Source: an uncultured Thermoleophilia bacterium
Lineage (GTDB): Bacteria; Actinomycetota; Thermoleophilia; UBA2241
Direction of reading: 5' to 3'
Assembly: GCA_963715985.1 (NCBI GenBank)
Contig: CAVQSP010000008.1
Span: forward strand, 32,001-96,000
Length of the DNA: 64,000 nucleotides
Each line of letters begins with the position of its first letter. Position 1 is the stretch's first letter. Of the stretch, positions 1 to 9,294 are shown in pieces. Both the position numbers and the translations under genes were made by a program. The notes under the pieces are model-generated. The model was not told where the DNA came from. It saw only the letters and a program-made list of their open reading frames with translations, and did no database searches.

Positions 1-977
1 GCATCTGGAACACGCACAGCCGGTACGGCGACGCACGGCTCGAGACCATCGCCGCGCTGGCCGCGGCGGCGGGCGCGGCGCCCACGCTGGTCGCGCGCCT
101 GCTCGACCTGCCGACCACGGAGGCGGCCGCACCGCTGCTCGCCGAGGCCGGTCTGGACGGCGTGTGGGACGACGTGGCCGACAGGGTCACGCGCCGCGCC
201 GCGGAGAGGGTCGCGCGCCGCGCGGTCGAGACGCCGCACTGCGACTGCGCGGTGGTGGCCTACGACGGCGAGATCCTCGGCCGCTCGGCGGCGCTGCGCG
301 CCGTTCGGCCGGCGGGTGCGCGCGGCCCGGAGGAGCCGCCGGACGCACCCGCCCTTGAGATCGTCGTGGCCGGCGTCGGCCCGGGTCCCGAGGAGTGGCT
401 CACGCCGGCGGCGTGGCGTGCGGTACGCACCGCGGAGGTCGTCGCCGGCGGGCGCCGCCAGCTGGAGCGCTTCGCGCCGGCCGGCGCCGAGCGCATCGTC
501 GTCGGCGCCGACATGGACGAGCTGGCGGCGGCGCTCCGCGCCTGCGCCGGGAGCCCCATCGTCGTGCTGGCCAGCGGCGATCCGGGCTTCTTCGGCATCG
601 GGGAGACGCTGCGCCGCCTGTTGCCCGAGGCGAGCATCCGCACGCTGCCAGGCGTCAGCTCGGTCCAGCTGGCGGCGGCCCGTCTCGGACGCCCGTGGCA
701 CGACGTCGCCTTTGCCAGCGCGCACGGTCTGGACACGGATGGGGTGGTCGCCGCTGTGAGGGCGCACCCCCGGGTGCTGGCGCTGAGCGACGCCAAGCAC
801 ACACCGCAACAGCTGGCCGCCGCCGTGCTCTCGACCGGCCTCGCGTGCCGCGTCACCGTGCTCGAGCGCCTCGGCGCGGACGACGAGCGCATCACCGCCG
901 GCGACGCGGCGACCATCGCGGCAGGCGAGTTCGACGGCCTGTCGGTGACCTTCATCGAACGAGAGGAGCGGGCATGA
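1..977 (+). CDS. cbiD-cbiE: CbiD C-terminus fused in frame to CbiE (cobalt-precorrin-7 C5-methyltransferase); 5' end truncated by window
   Basis: Frame 3 is open from base 3: IWNTHSRYGDARLETIAA...CAVVAYDGEILGRS (CbiD C-terminal motif) runs without a stop into IVVAGVGPG...VVLASGDPGFFGIG...PGVSSVQLAAARLG (CbiE methyltransferase). Confidence 0.85.
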   Translation, partial: IWNTHSRYGDARLETIAALAAAAGAAPTLVARLLDLPTTEAAAPLLAEAGLDGVWDDVADRVTRRAAERVARRAVETPHCDCAVVAYDGEILGRSAALRAVRPAGARGPEEPPDAPALEIVVAGVGPGPEEWLTPAAWRAVRTAEVVAGGRRQLERFAPAGAERIVVGADMDELAAALRACAGSPIVVLASGDPGFFGIGETLRRLLPEASIRTLPGVSSVQLAAARLGRPWHDVAFASAHGLDTDGVVAAVRAHPRVLALSDAKHTPQQLAAAVLSTGLACRVTVLERLGADDERITAGDAATIAAGEFDGLSVTFIEREERA

Positions 978-1666
978 CGGCGACAGATGCCGGGAGCGCG
1001 CCGGTTCGCGACGCCGTACCGCCGGGTCTACCAGACGAGTTGTTCACGCGCGGCGACGCGCCCATGACCAAGGCCGAGGTCCGCGCCGTGACGATGTCGG
1101 CGGCGCGCCTGCGGCCCGGCCACCGCGTCCTCGACGTCGGCGCCGGCACCGGCAGCATGACGATCGAGGCGGCGCTGCTGTGCCCGGCCGGCGAGGTGGT
1201 CGCCCTCGAGCGCGACGCCTCAGCGCTGGAGGTGCTGCACGTCAACGTGGAGCGCTTCGGCCTGGACAATGTGACGGTGGTGGCCGGGGTGGCGCCGGAG
1301 GCCATGGCCGGCCCCGCCTCCCCGTTCGCGCCGGCCTCCTTCGACTGCGTCCTGGTCGGCGGCAGCGGCGGCAAGCTGGGCGCCATCCTCGATCTCCTGC
1401 CGGTGCTGCTTCGTCCCGGCGGCCGCGTGGTCTGCAACACCATCTGCCTGGAGACCACGGCCACTGTGGCGGCGGCGCTGCGCCGGCCGCCCTGGGACGG
1501 CTTCACCTGCAGCCAGGTCGGCGTGGCGCGGGCCGTGCCGGCCGGGCCGCTGCTCCGCTTCGAGGCGCTGAACCCGGTGTGGGTCACCGCGGCCGCCCTG
1601 GGCGGCGCTGGGCGTGCTGTGACCGCGGCGGAGCCCGACGCGCTCGACGCGGAGAGCGGACGATGA
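974..1666 (+). CDS. cbiT: cobalt-precorrin-6B C15-methyltransferase (decarboxylating)
   Basis: PGLPDELFTRGDAPMTKAEVR and DVGAGTGS SAM motif, ALNPV C-terminus; ATGA overlap with the upstream stop, GAGGAG RBS. Confidence 0.92.
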   Translation: MTATDAGSAPVRDAVPPGLPDELFTRGDAPMTKAEVRAVTMSAARLRPGHRVLDVGAGTGSMTIEAALLCPAGEVVALERDASALEVLHVNVERFGLDNVTVVAGVAPEAMAGPASPFAPASFDCVLVGGSGGKLGAILDLLPVLLRPGGRVVCNTICLETTATVAAALRRPPWDGFTCSQVGVARAVPAGPLLRFEALNPVWVTAAALGGAGRAVTAAEPDALDAESGR

Positions 1667-2364
1667 GCGCCGCCATCTACGGGGTCGGTGTCGGCCCCGG
1701 CGACCCTGCGCTGCTCACCGTCCGCGCCGCCGAGGTGCTGCGGAGCGCGAAGTCCGTCATGGCGCCCGCGCCCCGCCGCGGCGGCGAGAGCCTCGCCCTG
1801 GAGATCGCACGCACGTACCTGTCGCCCACCTGCGAGGTCGTCACCGGCCACTTCCCGATGACGGAGGACCGGGACACGCTGCGCGCGGCCTGGGACGACG
1901 CGGCGGCGACGCTGCTGCGCCTCGCCGCCGCCTCGCCGCCCGTGGCCTTCATCACGCTCGGCGACGCGATGCTCTACAGCACCTGGAGCTACCTGCTCGC
2001 AGCGCTGCGCCGGCTCGCTCCCGACGTGGCCGTCGAGACCGTCCCGGGTGTGACGGCCATGGCCGCCTGCGCGGCGGCCGTCGGCCGTCCTCTCGCGGAG
2101 GGCCGCGAGCCGCTGCTCGTCTGGCCCGACGAGCCGCCGGCCGATGCCGCCGGACTGCTCGAACTGGCGCCCAACGTCGTCTTCATGAAGGCCGGGCGCC
2201 ATCTCGAGGCGCTGGCCGACCTGGCCGGCGAGTCCGGCGCGGAGGCGGTGGCCGTGCGCCGCGCCTCGCAGGCGCGGGCCAGTTCCACAGCCGACCTGCG
2301 CTCGTGGGCGGGCGACGGCGAGTACTTCACTACCGTCCTCATGCACCGGGAGGAGAGACCATGA
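1663..2364 (+). CDS. cbiL: cobalt-precorrin-2 C20-methyltransferase
   Basis: IYGVGVGPGDPALLTVRA, FITLGDAMLYST, VPGVTA; ATGA coupling. Confidence 0.9.
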   Translation: MSAAIYGVGVGPGDPALLTVRAAEVLRSAKSVMAPAPRRGGESLALEIARTYLSPTCEVVTGHFPMTEDRDTLRAAWDDAAATLLRLAAASPPVAFITLGDAMLYSTWSYLLAALRRLAPDVAVETVPGVTAMAACAAAVGRPLAEGREPLLVWPDEPPADAAGLLELAPNVVFMKAGRHLEALADLAGESGAEAVAVRRASQARASSTADLRSWAGDGEYFTTVLMHREERP

Positions 2365-3149
2365 TCTGGTTCGTCGGCGCCGGCCCGGGTGACCCCGAGC
2401 TGATCACCGTCAAGGGCCGCCGCCTGCTCGAGGAGGCGGACGTCGTCGTGTACGCGGGGTCTCTGGTCCCCACCGCCGTCCTGAGCTGGACACGCGCGGG
2501 GTGCGAGTTGCACGACAGTGCGGCCATGACGCTCGGCGAGCAGGTCGACGTGATGGCGAGGGCGCAGGCGGCCGGCAAGGCGGTCGTGCGTCTCCACACC
2601 GGGGACCCGAGCCTGTACGGAGCCATCGGCGAGCAGATGCGGGCCCTGGACGCCCGCTGCCTGGAGTACGCGGTGGTGCCGGGGGTCAGTTCGTTCGTGG
2701 CTGCGGCCGCGGCGCTGCCGGTGGAGCTCACGTCGCCCGGCGTCTCGCAGACGGTGATCATCACGCGGCAGGCCGGGCGCACGCCGGTCCCCGAGGGTCA
2801 GGACATCGCCGGCCTCGCGGCGCACGGCGCCACCATGGCCATCTTCCTCTCCGCCGGCGACTTGTCGGGCACTGTGGCTGAGCTCTGCGAGCACTACCCC
2901 GACAGCACGGCGGCGGCCATCGTGCAGCGCGCTTCGTGGCCGGAGCAGCTGGTCCTGCGCGGCACCCTGGCGACCATCGCCGCGCAGGCGGCGGAGGCCG
3001 GCGTGGACCGGACGGCGATGATCCTGGTGGGTGACGCGCTGCGCAACGAGGGGGACCCGTCGCTGCTGTACGACGCCGGGTTCACGCACGGGTACCGCGA
3101 GGCCGGGGAGCCCGGTGGCGCGGCTGCCGGCGCCGGGGACGCCGGATGA
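2361..3149 (+). CDS. cbiF: cobalt-precorrin-4 C11-methyltransferase
   Basis: FVGAGPGDPELITVKG, YAGSLV, RLHTGDPSLYGAIGEQM, LYDAGFTHGYR. Confidence 0.95.
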   Translation: MIWFVGAGPGDPELITVKGRRLLEEADVVVYAGSLVPTAVLSWTRAGCELHDSAAMTLGEQVDVMARAQAAGKAVVRLHTGDPSLYGAIGEQMRALDARCLEYAVVPGVSSFVAAAAALPVELTSPGVSQTVIITRQAGRTPVPEGQDIAGLAAHGATMAIFLSAGDLSGTVAELCEHYPDSTAAAIVQRASWPEQLVLRGTLATIAAQAAEAGVDRTAMILVGDALRNEGDPSLLYDAGFTHGYREAGEPGGAAAGAGDAG

Positions 3150-3979
3150 TCCACTTCTCTCGCCCGGGCCCCATCGCGCTGATCGCCGTGTCCGACGAGG
3201 GCGCGCGCCTCGGGCTCGGCCTGCGGGCTCGCTTCGCCGAGCCGGCGCGGGTCACGCTCTGGGCGGCCAGGCCGTACATCCCCGAGGCGCGCGTCTACGA
3301 CGGCTCGATGGCGGAGTTCGCCGGCCGCCTCTGGGCGGACCACGCGGCGATCGTCGGCGTGATGGCGAGCGGCATCATGGTGCGCGCGATCGCGCCCCAT
3401 GTGGCGAGCAAGTACGAGGACCCGGCGGTGATCGTGGTCGACGACGCCGGGCGCTACGTCATCAGCCTGCTGTCCGGTCACGAGGGCGGCGCCAACGCGC
3501 TGGCCGAGCAGATCGCCGCCGAGACACGCGGGCTGCCCGTGGTGACCACGGGCAGCGAGGCGCGCCGCCGGATCGTGCTCGGCATCGGGGCGCGCAAGGG
3601 CGTGAGCGAAGAGCAGGTGCTGGCGGCGGTGGACGAAGCCTTGGCCGCCGCCGGCAAGAGCCGCGACGACGTGCGCGCCGTCGCCACCATCGACCTGAAG
3701 AGCGAGGAAGCGGGCATCCTCGCGGCCGCCGAACGGCTGGGAGTGCCCGTGCAGATCGTCGGCCGGGAGCGCATCCGCACGCTGCAAGAGGTGCTGCGCG
3801 AACCGGGATTCGTGGAAGAGATCACAGGAGTGGCCGCGGTATGCGAACCGGCAGCGATGCTGGCCGGCGCCCAGACGGAGCTTCTCGCGCCCAGGAAGGC
3901 GCGCGACGGAGTGACGGTGGCGCTGGCCCAGGACATCTGTGGCTCGTCGGCCTGGGACCAGGCGGGCGAGAGCATCTGA
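3146..3979 (+). CDS. cbiG: cobalt-precorrin-5A hydrolase
   Basis: MASGIMVRAIAP..SKYEDPAV, SLLSGHEGGANALA, LGIGARKG, AVCEPAA, GVTVALA. Confidence 0.93.
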   Translation: MIHFSRPGPIALIAVSDEGARLGLGLRARFAEPARVTLWAARPYIPEARVYDGSMAEFAGRLWADHAAIVGVMASGIMVRAIAPHVASKYEDPAVIVVDDAGRYVISLLSGHEGGANALAEQIAAETRGLPVVTTGSEARRRIVLGIGARKGVSEEQVLAAVDEALAAAGKSRDDVRAVATIDLKSEEAGILAAAERLGVPVQIVGRERIRTLQEVLREPGFVEEITGVAAVCEPAAMLAGAQTELLAPRKARDGVTVALAQDICGSSAWDQAGESI

Positions 3980-4656
3980 CGGCGGCGGCGGTGGCGGCGC
4001 TGGCCGCCGCCGACGTGATCGTCGGGTACAAGCCGTATCTTGAGCTGGTCGCCGACCTGGCGGCCGGCAAGCGCACGGTCGCCAGCGGTATGCGCCAGGA
4101 GACGGCGCGGGCGGAGGCGGCCGTCGCCGAGGCGACGGCCGGGTCCCGGGTCGCCGTCATCAGCACCGGCGACGCCGGCGTGTACGGCATGGCCGGGCTC
4201 GTGCTGGAACTGCTGCCTGTGGGCTCGCCGGTCACGGTGGAGGTGGTGCCCGGCGTGACCGCGGCCAGCGCCGCCGCGGCCTGCCTGGGCGCGCCGCTCA
4301 TGAACGACTTCGCCGTGGTGAGCCTGAGCGACCTGCTCACGCCGCTCGAGGTCATCGAGCGCCGCCTGACGGCGGCCGCGGACGGCGACTTCGTGCTCGC
4401 TCTGTACAACCCGCGCAGCACCAGGCGTCACGAGCCGCTGCGGCGCGCGCTCGCCATCCTGCGCGAGCGGCGCGCTCCGGGCACGCCCGTCGGGCTGGTG
4501 CGCAACGCGCTGCGCGACGGGCAGGAGACGCACGTGACGACGCTCGGGGACCTGCGCGAGGAGGATGTGGACATGCTCACCATCCTCGTCGTGGGCAACA
4601 GCACGACGGTGGTCCGTGACGGGCGCATGGTGACGCCGCGGGGGTACCGCACGTGA
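3841..4656 (+). CDS. cbiH: cobalt-factor III/precorrin-3B C17-methyltransferase; start uncertain, overlaps cbiG
   Basis: HLWLVGLGPGG, ISTGDAGVYGMAG, GAPLMNDFAVVSLSDLLTP, LYNPRS, MVTPRGY; nearest in-frame ATG is at 3841, inside cbiG. Confidence 0.9.
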   Translation: MRTGSDAGRRPDGASRAQEGARRSDGGAGPGHLWLVGLGPGGREHLTAAAVAALAAADVIVGYKPYLELVADLAAGKRTVASGMRQETARAEAAVAEATAGSRVAVISTGDAGVYGMAGLVLELLPVGSPVTVEVVPGVTAASAAAACLGAPLMNDFAVVSLSDLLTPLEVIERRLTAAADGDFVLALYNPRSTRRHEPLRRALAILRERRAPGTPVGLVRNALRDGQETHVTTLGDLREEDVDMLTILVVGNSTTVVRDGRMVTPRGYRT

Positions 4657-6077
4657 TCCTCCTCCTCGGAGGAACGGGCGACGCTCGGCAGCTGGCGGCC
4701 GCGGTGAGTGCGGCCGGCTACGAGGTGCTCGTGAGCACCGTGAGCGACTACGGCGCCCGGCTCGCGGCCGACGCCGGCGCCGAGGTGCGCGCCGGCGCGC
4801 TGGACGAGGCGGAGCTCGAGCGGCTCGTCGAGCAGGCTGAGGCGGTCGTGGACGCGACGCACCCCTTCGCGGCCGAGATCTCGGCGGGCGCGGCGGCTGC
4901 GTGCGCGCTGATCGGCCGGCCGTATCTGCGCTTCGCGCGGCCGCCCGGCACTCTCGGCGAGGGCGTGTTGCGCGCCGCCGACGCGGCCGAGGCCGCCCGC
5001 CTTGCCGTCGTCGCGGCTCTCCAGGGTCGGGCGGCCGGCCACGATGAGGGCGGCCCGCCGGCCGGTGCGGAGCCGCCGGCCATCCTGCTCACCGTCGGCA
5101 GCAAGACGGTGGACGCGTACGTGCAGGCGGCACGCGACGCCGGCGTGCGCGTGGTCGCGCGGGTGCTGCCGGTGCCAGAGTCGCTGGCCGCGTGCGCGGC
5201 CGCCGGCCTGGAGCCGCGCGACATCGTCGCCATGCAGGGCCCGACGAGCGCGGAGCTGGACGCGGCGCTGCTGCGCCACCTCGGGGCCGCGGTCCTGGTG
5301 ACCAAGGAGAGCGGCGACGCCGGGGGCCTCGGCGAGAAGCTGCGTGCCGCCGAGCTGGCCGGCGCGACGGCGATCGTGGTCGAGCGGCCGCGGATGCAGG
5401 CCTTCGCCGGTGCCCCGGCCTCACGGCTGGCGGCGCAGGCCGACGCGGATGCCGGAGGCGGCGCCTCGTCAGTGCACTCGGCGTCCGATGCCGCCGGCGT
5501 CATCGCCTGGCTTTCGGCGGTCGCTGGTGTCCGCACGGAGGCGCTCGCCGGCCGTCGCCTCTCTCGCGGCCTCCTTCAGGTGTACACCGGCGACGGTAAA
5601 GGCAAGACGACCGCCGCCGTCGGCCAGGCGCTGCGTGCCCGCGGCGCCGGGCTCGGCGTCGTCTTCGTCCAGTTCGTCAAGGGTGGCCCGGAGAGTTCCG
5701 AGCTGGCGCCGCTGCGCGCCGCCGGCGTGCGTGTGGAGCGCCCGGCGGTCGTCCGCACCGGCCTGCTGCGCGGGGCCGTCACCCCCGAGGACCGCGCCGC
5801 CGCCGCCGCGGCCTGGGCCGCGGCCCGGGCGGCGCTCGCCGACGACGCCTGCGACCTCGTGGTGCTCGACGAGCTGCACGCGGCCCTGCGGCACGCGCTC
5901 GTCGATCTCGACGAGGTCCTCGAGGCGCTGGCCTCCCGGCCGCCGCACCAGGAGGTCGTCTCCACCGGCCGCGGCGCGCCCGAGGCGCTGCTCGCCGTCG
6001 CCGGTCTCGTCACCGAGATGACGCCGCTCCGCCATCCCTATCCCGACGTCCCCGCCCGCAGAGGAGTGGAGCTGTGA
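4653..6077 (+). CDS. cbiJ-cobO: fusion of cobalt-precorrin-6A reductase (CbiJ/CobK) and cob(I)yrinic acid a,c-diamide adenosyltransferase (CobO/BtuR)
   Basis: N-terminal MILLLGGTGDA, VVDATHPFA, AMQGP, LVTKESG; C-terminal LQVYTGDGKGKTTAAVG, VVLDE, VSTGR, HPY..ARRGVEL. Confidence 0.88.
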   Translation: MILLLGGTGDARQLAAAVSAAGYEVLVSTVSDYGARLAADAGAEVRAGALDEAELERLVEQAEAVVDATHPFAAEISAGAAAACALIGRPYLRFARPPGTLGEGVLRAADAAEAARLAVVAALQGRAAGHDEGGPPAGAEPPAILLTVGSKTVDAYVQAARDAGVRVVARVLPVPESLAACAAAGLEPRDIVAMQGPTSAELDAALLRHLGAAVLVTKESGDAGGLGEKLRAAELAGATAIVVERPRMQAFAGAPASRLAAQADADAGGGASSVHSASDAAGVIAWLSAVAGVRTEALAGRRLSRGLLQVYTGDGKGKTTAAVGQALRARGAGLGVVFVQFVKGGPESSELAPLRAAGVRVERPAVVRTGLLRGAVTPEDRAAAAAAWAAARAALADDACDLVVLDELHAALRHALVDLDEVLEALASRPPHQEVVSTGRGAPEALLAVAGLVTEMTPLRHPYPDVPARRGVEL

Positions 6078-7744
6078 TGCCGCCCGCCGACCCGACCGCC
6101 ACCGCGCTTCCGGCGACCATCGCCGGAGCGACCGTCCCGCCGCCCACCGCCGGCGCCCGCGCCATCATGTGCGTCGGCACGGGCTCGCACGCCGGCAAGA
6201 GCGTGCTGGCCGCGGCGTTGTGCCGCATCTACGCGCGCCGCGGCTACCGTGTGGCGCCGTTCAAGGCCCAGAACATGGCCCTCAACTCGTTCGTCACGCC
6301 GGAGGGCGGGGAGCTCGGCCGGGCGCAGGCCTACCAGGCGCGCGCCGCCGGCGTGGAGCCGCACGTGGACATGAACCCCGTGCTGCTCAAGCCGAGCTCA
6401 CAGACCGGCAGCCAGGTCATCGTCCTCGGTCGTCCCGTGCGGCACATGTCGGTGCGCGAGTACCACGCCTACCAGGCCGAGGTGTGGCCGGTCGTCACCG
6501 CCGCCTACGAGCGTCTGCGCGCCGCCAACGACCTCATCGTCATCGAGGGCGCCGGCAGCCCGGCCGAGATCAACCTGCGCGACCAGGACATCGTCAACAT
6601 GCGCGTCGCGCTCTACGCGCAGTGCCCCGTCTTGCTCATCGGCGACATCGACCGCGGCGGCGTGTTCGCCAGCCTGGTCGGTCACATGGAGCTGTTCACT
6701 CCTGAGGAGCGCGAGCGGATCGCGGCGTTCGTCATCAACAAGTTCCGCGGCGACGCGAGTCTGCTGGACTCCGGCCTCGAGTTCCTGCGCGAGCGCACCG
6801 GCGTGCCGACCCTGGGCGTCGTGCCGATGCTCACCGAGTGGCGCGGCGACGAGGAGGACTCGCTTGGGATCGACGACCGGCGGCGCCGGGCGAAGCCGGA
6901 CGCGCCGCTGCAGATCGCCGTCGTGCGGCTGCCCTTCATCAGCAACTACACCGACTTCGACGTCCTCGCCGACGAACCGGACGTGAACGTCCGCTACGTG
7001 ACGGCGCCGGGCGAGCTCGACGGCGCCGCGGCGATCGTGCTGCCCGGCACCAAGAGCACGATCGCCGACCTGGAGTGGCTGCGGGCGAGCGGGCTGGCGG
7101 CGGCGGTGACGGCGCGGGCCGCCGCCGGCACGCCGGTGATCGGCGTGTGCGGCGGCTACCAGATGCTCGGCCGCCGCATCCACGATCCCGACCACGTCGA
7201 GTCCGACGGCGACGAGCGTCGACGGCCTCGGCCTGCTCGACGTCGAGACCACCTTCGCCGGCGACAAGCGCACCGTGCGCGTGGACGGCGAGCTGCTCGC
7301 CGCGCCCGCGATGACGGCACCCCGGCGGCCGTGCCGCGAGCCGGTCTGCTCGGCCGCGCGCCGGCACGCCGCTGCGCGGCTACGAGATCCACATGGGTCG
7401 CACCGACGCTCGGGCCGGGCGCCGCGCCGCTGCTGCGTCTTCGCGGCGCCGACGGCTCGGAGCACGACGACGGCGCCGTGGCGGCCAGGCAGGACGCGCC
7501 TGCGGCCGCCGGCCCGAGCGCGTCCGCCGCGGCCGCCGTCTGCGGCAGCTACGTCCACGGCCTGTTCGACCACCCGGCTCTGCGCGGCGCGTTCCTCGAC
7601 GGGCTGCGCGCCGCCCGCGGCCTGCCCCTGCGCGGCGCCGTCGCGGCACCGCCGGACGACGACATCGACCGCCTCGCCGACCACGTCGAGGCCCATCTGG
7701 ACGCCGAGCTCCTGGAACACATCGTCGGGCTGGAGGCGAGATGA
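6074..7744 (+). CDS. cobQ: cobyric acid synthase, with compensating internal frameshifts near 7215-7405
   Basis: GTGSHAGKS, PFKAQNMALNS, EGAGSPAEINL, DIDRGG, NKFRGD, ISNYTDFD, GVCGGYQMLG, GSYVHGLFD; GLGLLDVETTF and GYEIHMGRT are in the other two frames. Confidence 0.92.
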   Translation: MMPPADPTATALPATIAGATVPPPTAGARAIMCVGTGSHAGKSVLAAALCRIYARRGYRVAPFKAQNMALNSFVTPEGGELGRAQAYQARAAGVEPHVDMNPVLLKPSSQTGSQVIVLGRPVRHMSVREYHAYQAEVWPVVTAAYERLRAANDLIVIEGAGSPAEINLRDQDIVNMRVALYAQCPVLLIGDIDRGGVFASLVGHMELFTPEERERIAAFVINKFRGDASLLDSGLEFLRERTGVPTLGVVPMLTEWRGDEEDSLGIDDRRRRAKPDAPLQIAVVRLPFISNYTDFDVLADEPDVNVRYVTAPGELDGAAAIVLPGTKSTIADLEWLRASGLAAAVTARAAAGTPVIGVCGGYQMLGRRIHDPDHVESDGDERRRPRPARRRDHLRRRQAHRARGRRAARRARDDGTPAAVPRAGLLGRAPARRCAATRSTWVAPTLGPGAAPLLRLRGADGSEHDDGAVAARQDAPAAAGPSASAAAAVCGSYVHGLFDHPALRGAFLDGLRAARGLPLRGAVAAPPDDDIDRLADHVEAHLDAELLEHIVGLEAR

Positions 7745-9294
7745 CCGAACTGACCGCACACGTTCCGCAGGCCGCCGATGCTCCGTCGGCCGCGACCGCA
7801 GCCGGCACCGTCTATCTGGTCGGCGCCGGCCCCGGGGACCCCGGGCTGCTCACGCGCCACGGGGCCGACGCGCTCTCGCGTGCGGACGTCGTGGTGTACG
7901 ACCGCCTCGCGGACAACTCCATGCTCGGCCTGGCGCCGCCCGACGCCGAGCTCGTCTACGTGGGTAAGCAGGCGGCGGTGCACGCCGTGCCGCAGTGGCG
8001 CATCAACGAGCTGCTCGCCGAGCACGCGCTGGAGGGCAAGTGCGTCGTGCGCCTCAAGGGCGGCGACCCATTCGTGTTCGGGCGCGGGGCGGAGGAGGCC
8101 ACGCACCTGCGGGAGCGCGGCGTGCCGTTCATCGTGGTGCCGGGCGTGAGCTCGGCCGTGGCCGTCCCGGCGTACGCCGGCATCCCGGTCACCGACCGCC
8201 GGTACGCGTCGAGCTTCGCCGTCATCACCGGCCACGAGGATCCGACCAAGCCGCACACGCGCCTCGACTGGGCCGGCATCGCCAAGGGGGCGGACACGCT
8301 CGTCTTCCTCATGGCGCTGGCCAATCTCACGGCGGTCACCGAGCGCCTGGTCGCCGAAGGCCGCCCGGCGGAGACCCCGGCGGCCGTGATCGAGCGCGGC
8401 ACCACTCCGGGCCAGCGTGTGATCACCGGCACCCTGGCCGACATCGAGGAGCGCGTGACGAGCGCAGGTCTGCACCCTCCCGCGCTCATCGTGGTCGGCG
8501 AGGTCGTGCGCCTGCGCGACGTGCTCGTCTGGCACGACTCCCAGCCGCTGGCGGGACGGCGCATCCTCGTGCCGCGCGTGCGGCGCCGGCCCAGCGAGAT
8601 CGTCCGCCTGCTCAAGGCCGCCGGTGCCGACACGGCAGAGGTCCCCGTGCTCCGTTCGGACACGCTTCCGGCGGCGCGGGACCTGGTGGAGCGCCTTGCC
8701 GCGGCTGATTGGCTGGTCTTCACGTCACCCGGTGGCCTCGACGCGCTGCTCGAACAGCTTGCCGGCCAGGGCCGCGATGTGCGGAGCCTCGGCTCGGCCA
8801 GGGTGGCGGCCGTCGGGCCGGCCACGGCGGCCCACCTCCGCCGCCGTGGGCTGCGGGTGGATCACGCGCCTGAGACCGCGGCGGGGTTCGTCCACCACCT
8901 GCCTGACGTCGCGGGCGACACGCTGGTGCTGATCGGTGAGGACGGCGGAGACGACCACGTCGCCCGCGGCCTGGACGCGCTGGGCGCCACCGTGGTCGAT
9001 ATGCCGGTGTTCCGGATCGCCGTGGACGATCGGGCTCCGCTGCCGCCGGTCGACGAGTTCGACGCGGTGGCGTTCGCAAGCTCGAACACCGCGCGTCGCT
9101 TCCTCGAGGCCTACCCGGAAGGGCCGGCGGACGGCCAGTACGTGGTGAGCATCGGGCCGTCCACCACTGCCACGGCCCGGTCGTTGGGACTTCGTGTTGA
9201 CGATCAGGCGGCGGAGTCTTCGCCGGCGGCCGTGGTCCGCTTGCTCATCGCCCAGCTTGGGACCGGCGGCCTCGTGACCTTGCCCACGATCTAG
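7741..9294 (+). CDS. cobA-hemD: uroporphyrinogen-III C-methyltransferase / uroporphyrinogen-III synthase fusion
   Basis: VYLVGAGPGDPGLLT, RLKGGDPFVFGRGAEE, then HemD-like WLVFTS, AAVGPATA, FASS, SIGPST. Confidence 0.92.
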   Translation: MTELTAHVPQAADAPSAATAAGTVYLVGAGPGDPGLLTRHGADALSRADVVVYDRLADNSMLGLAPPDAELVYVGKQAAVHAVPQWRINELLAEHALEGKCVVRLKGGDPFVFGRGAEEATHLRERGVPFIVVPGVSSAVAVPAYAGIPVTDRRYASSFAVITGHEDPTKPHTRLDWAGIAKGADTLVFLMALANLTAVTERLVAEGRPAETPAAVIERGTTPGQRVITGTLADIEERVTSAGLHPPALIVVGEVVRLRDVLVWHDSQPLAGRRILVPRVRRRPSEIVRLLKAAGADTAEVPVLRSDTLPAARDLVERLAAADWLVFTSPGGLDALLEQLAGQGRDVRSLGSARVAAVGPATAAHLRRRGLRVDHAPETAAGFVHHLPDVAGDTLVLIGEDGGDDHVARGLDALGATVVDMPVFRIAVDDRAPLPPVDEFDAVAFASSNTARRFLEAYPEGPADGQYVVSIGPSTTATARSLGLRVDDQAAESSPAAVVRLLIAQLGTGGLVTLPTI

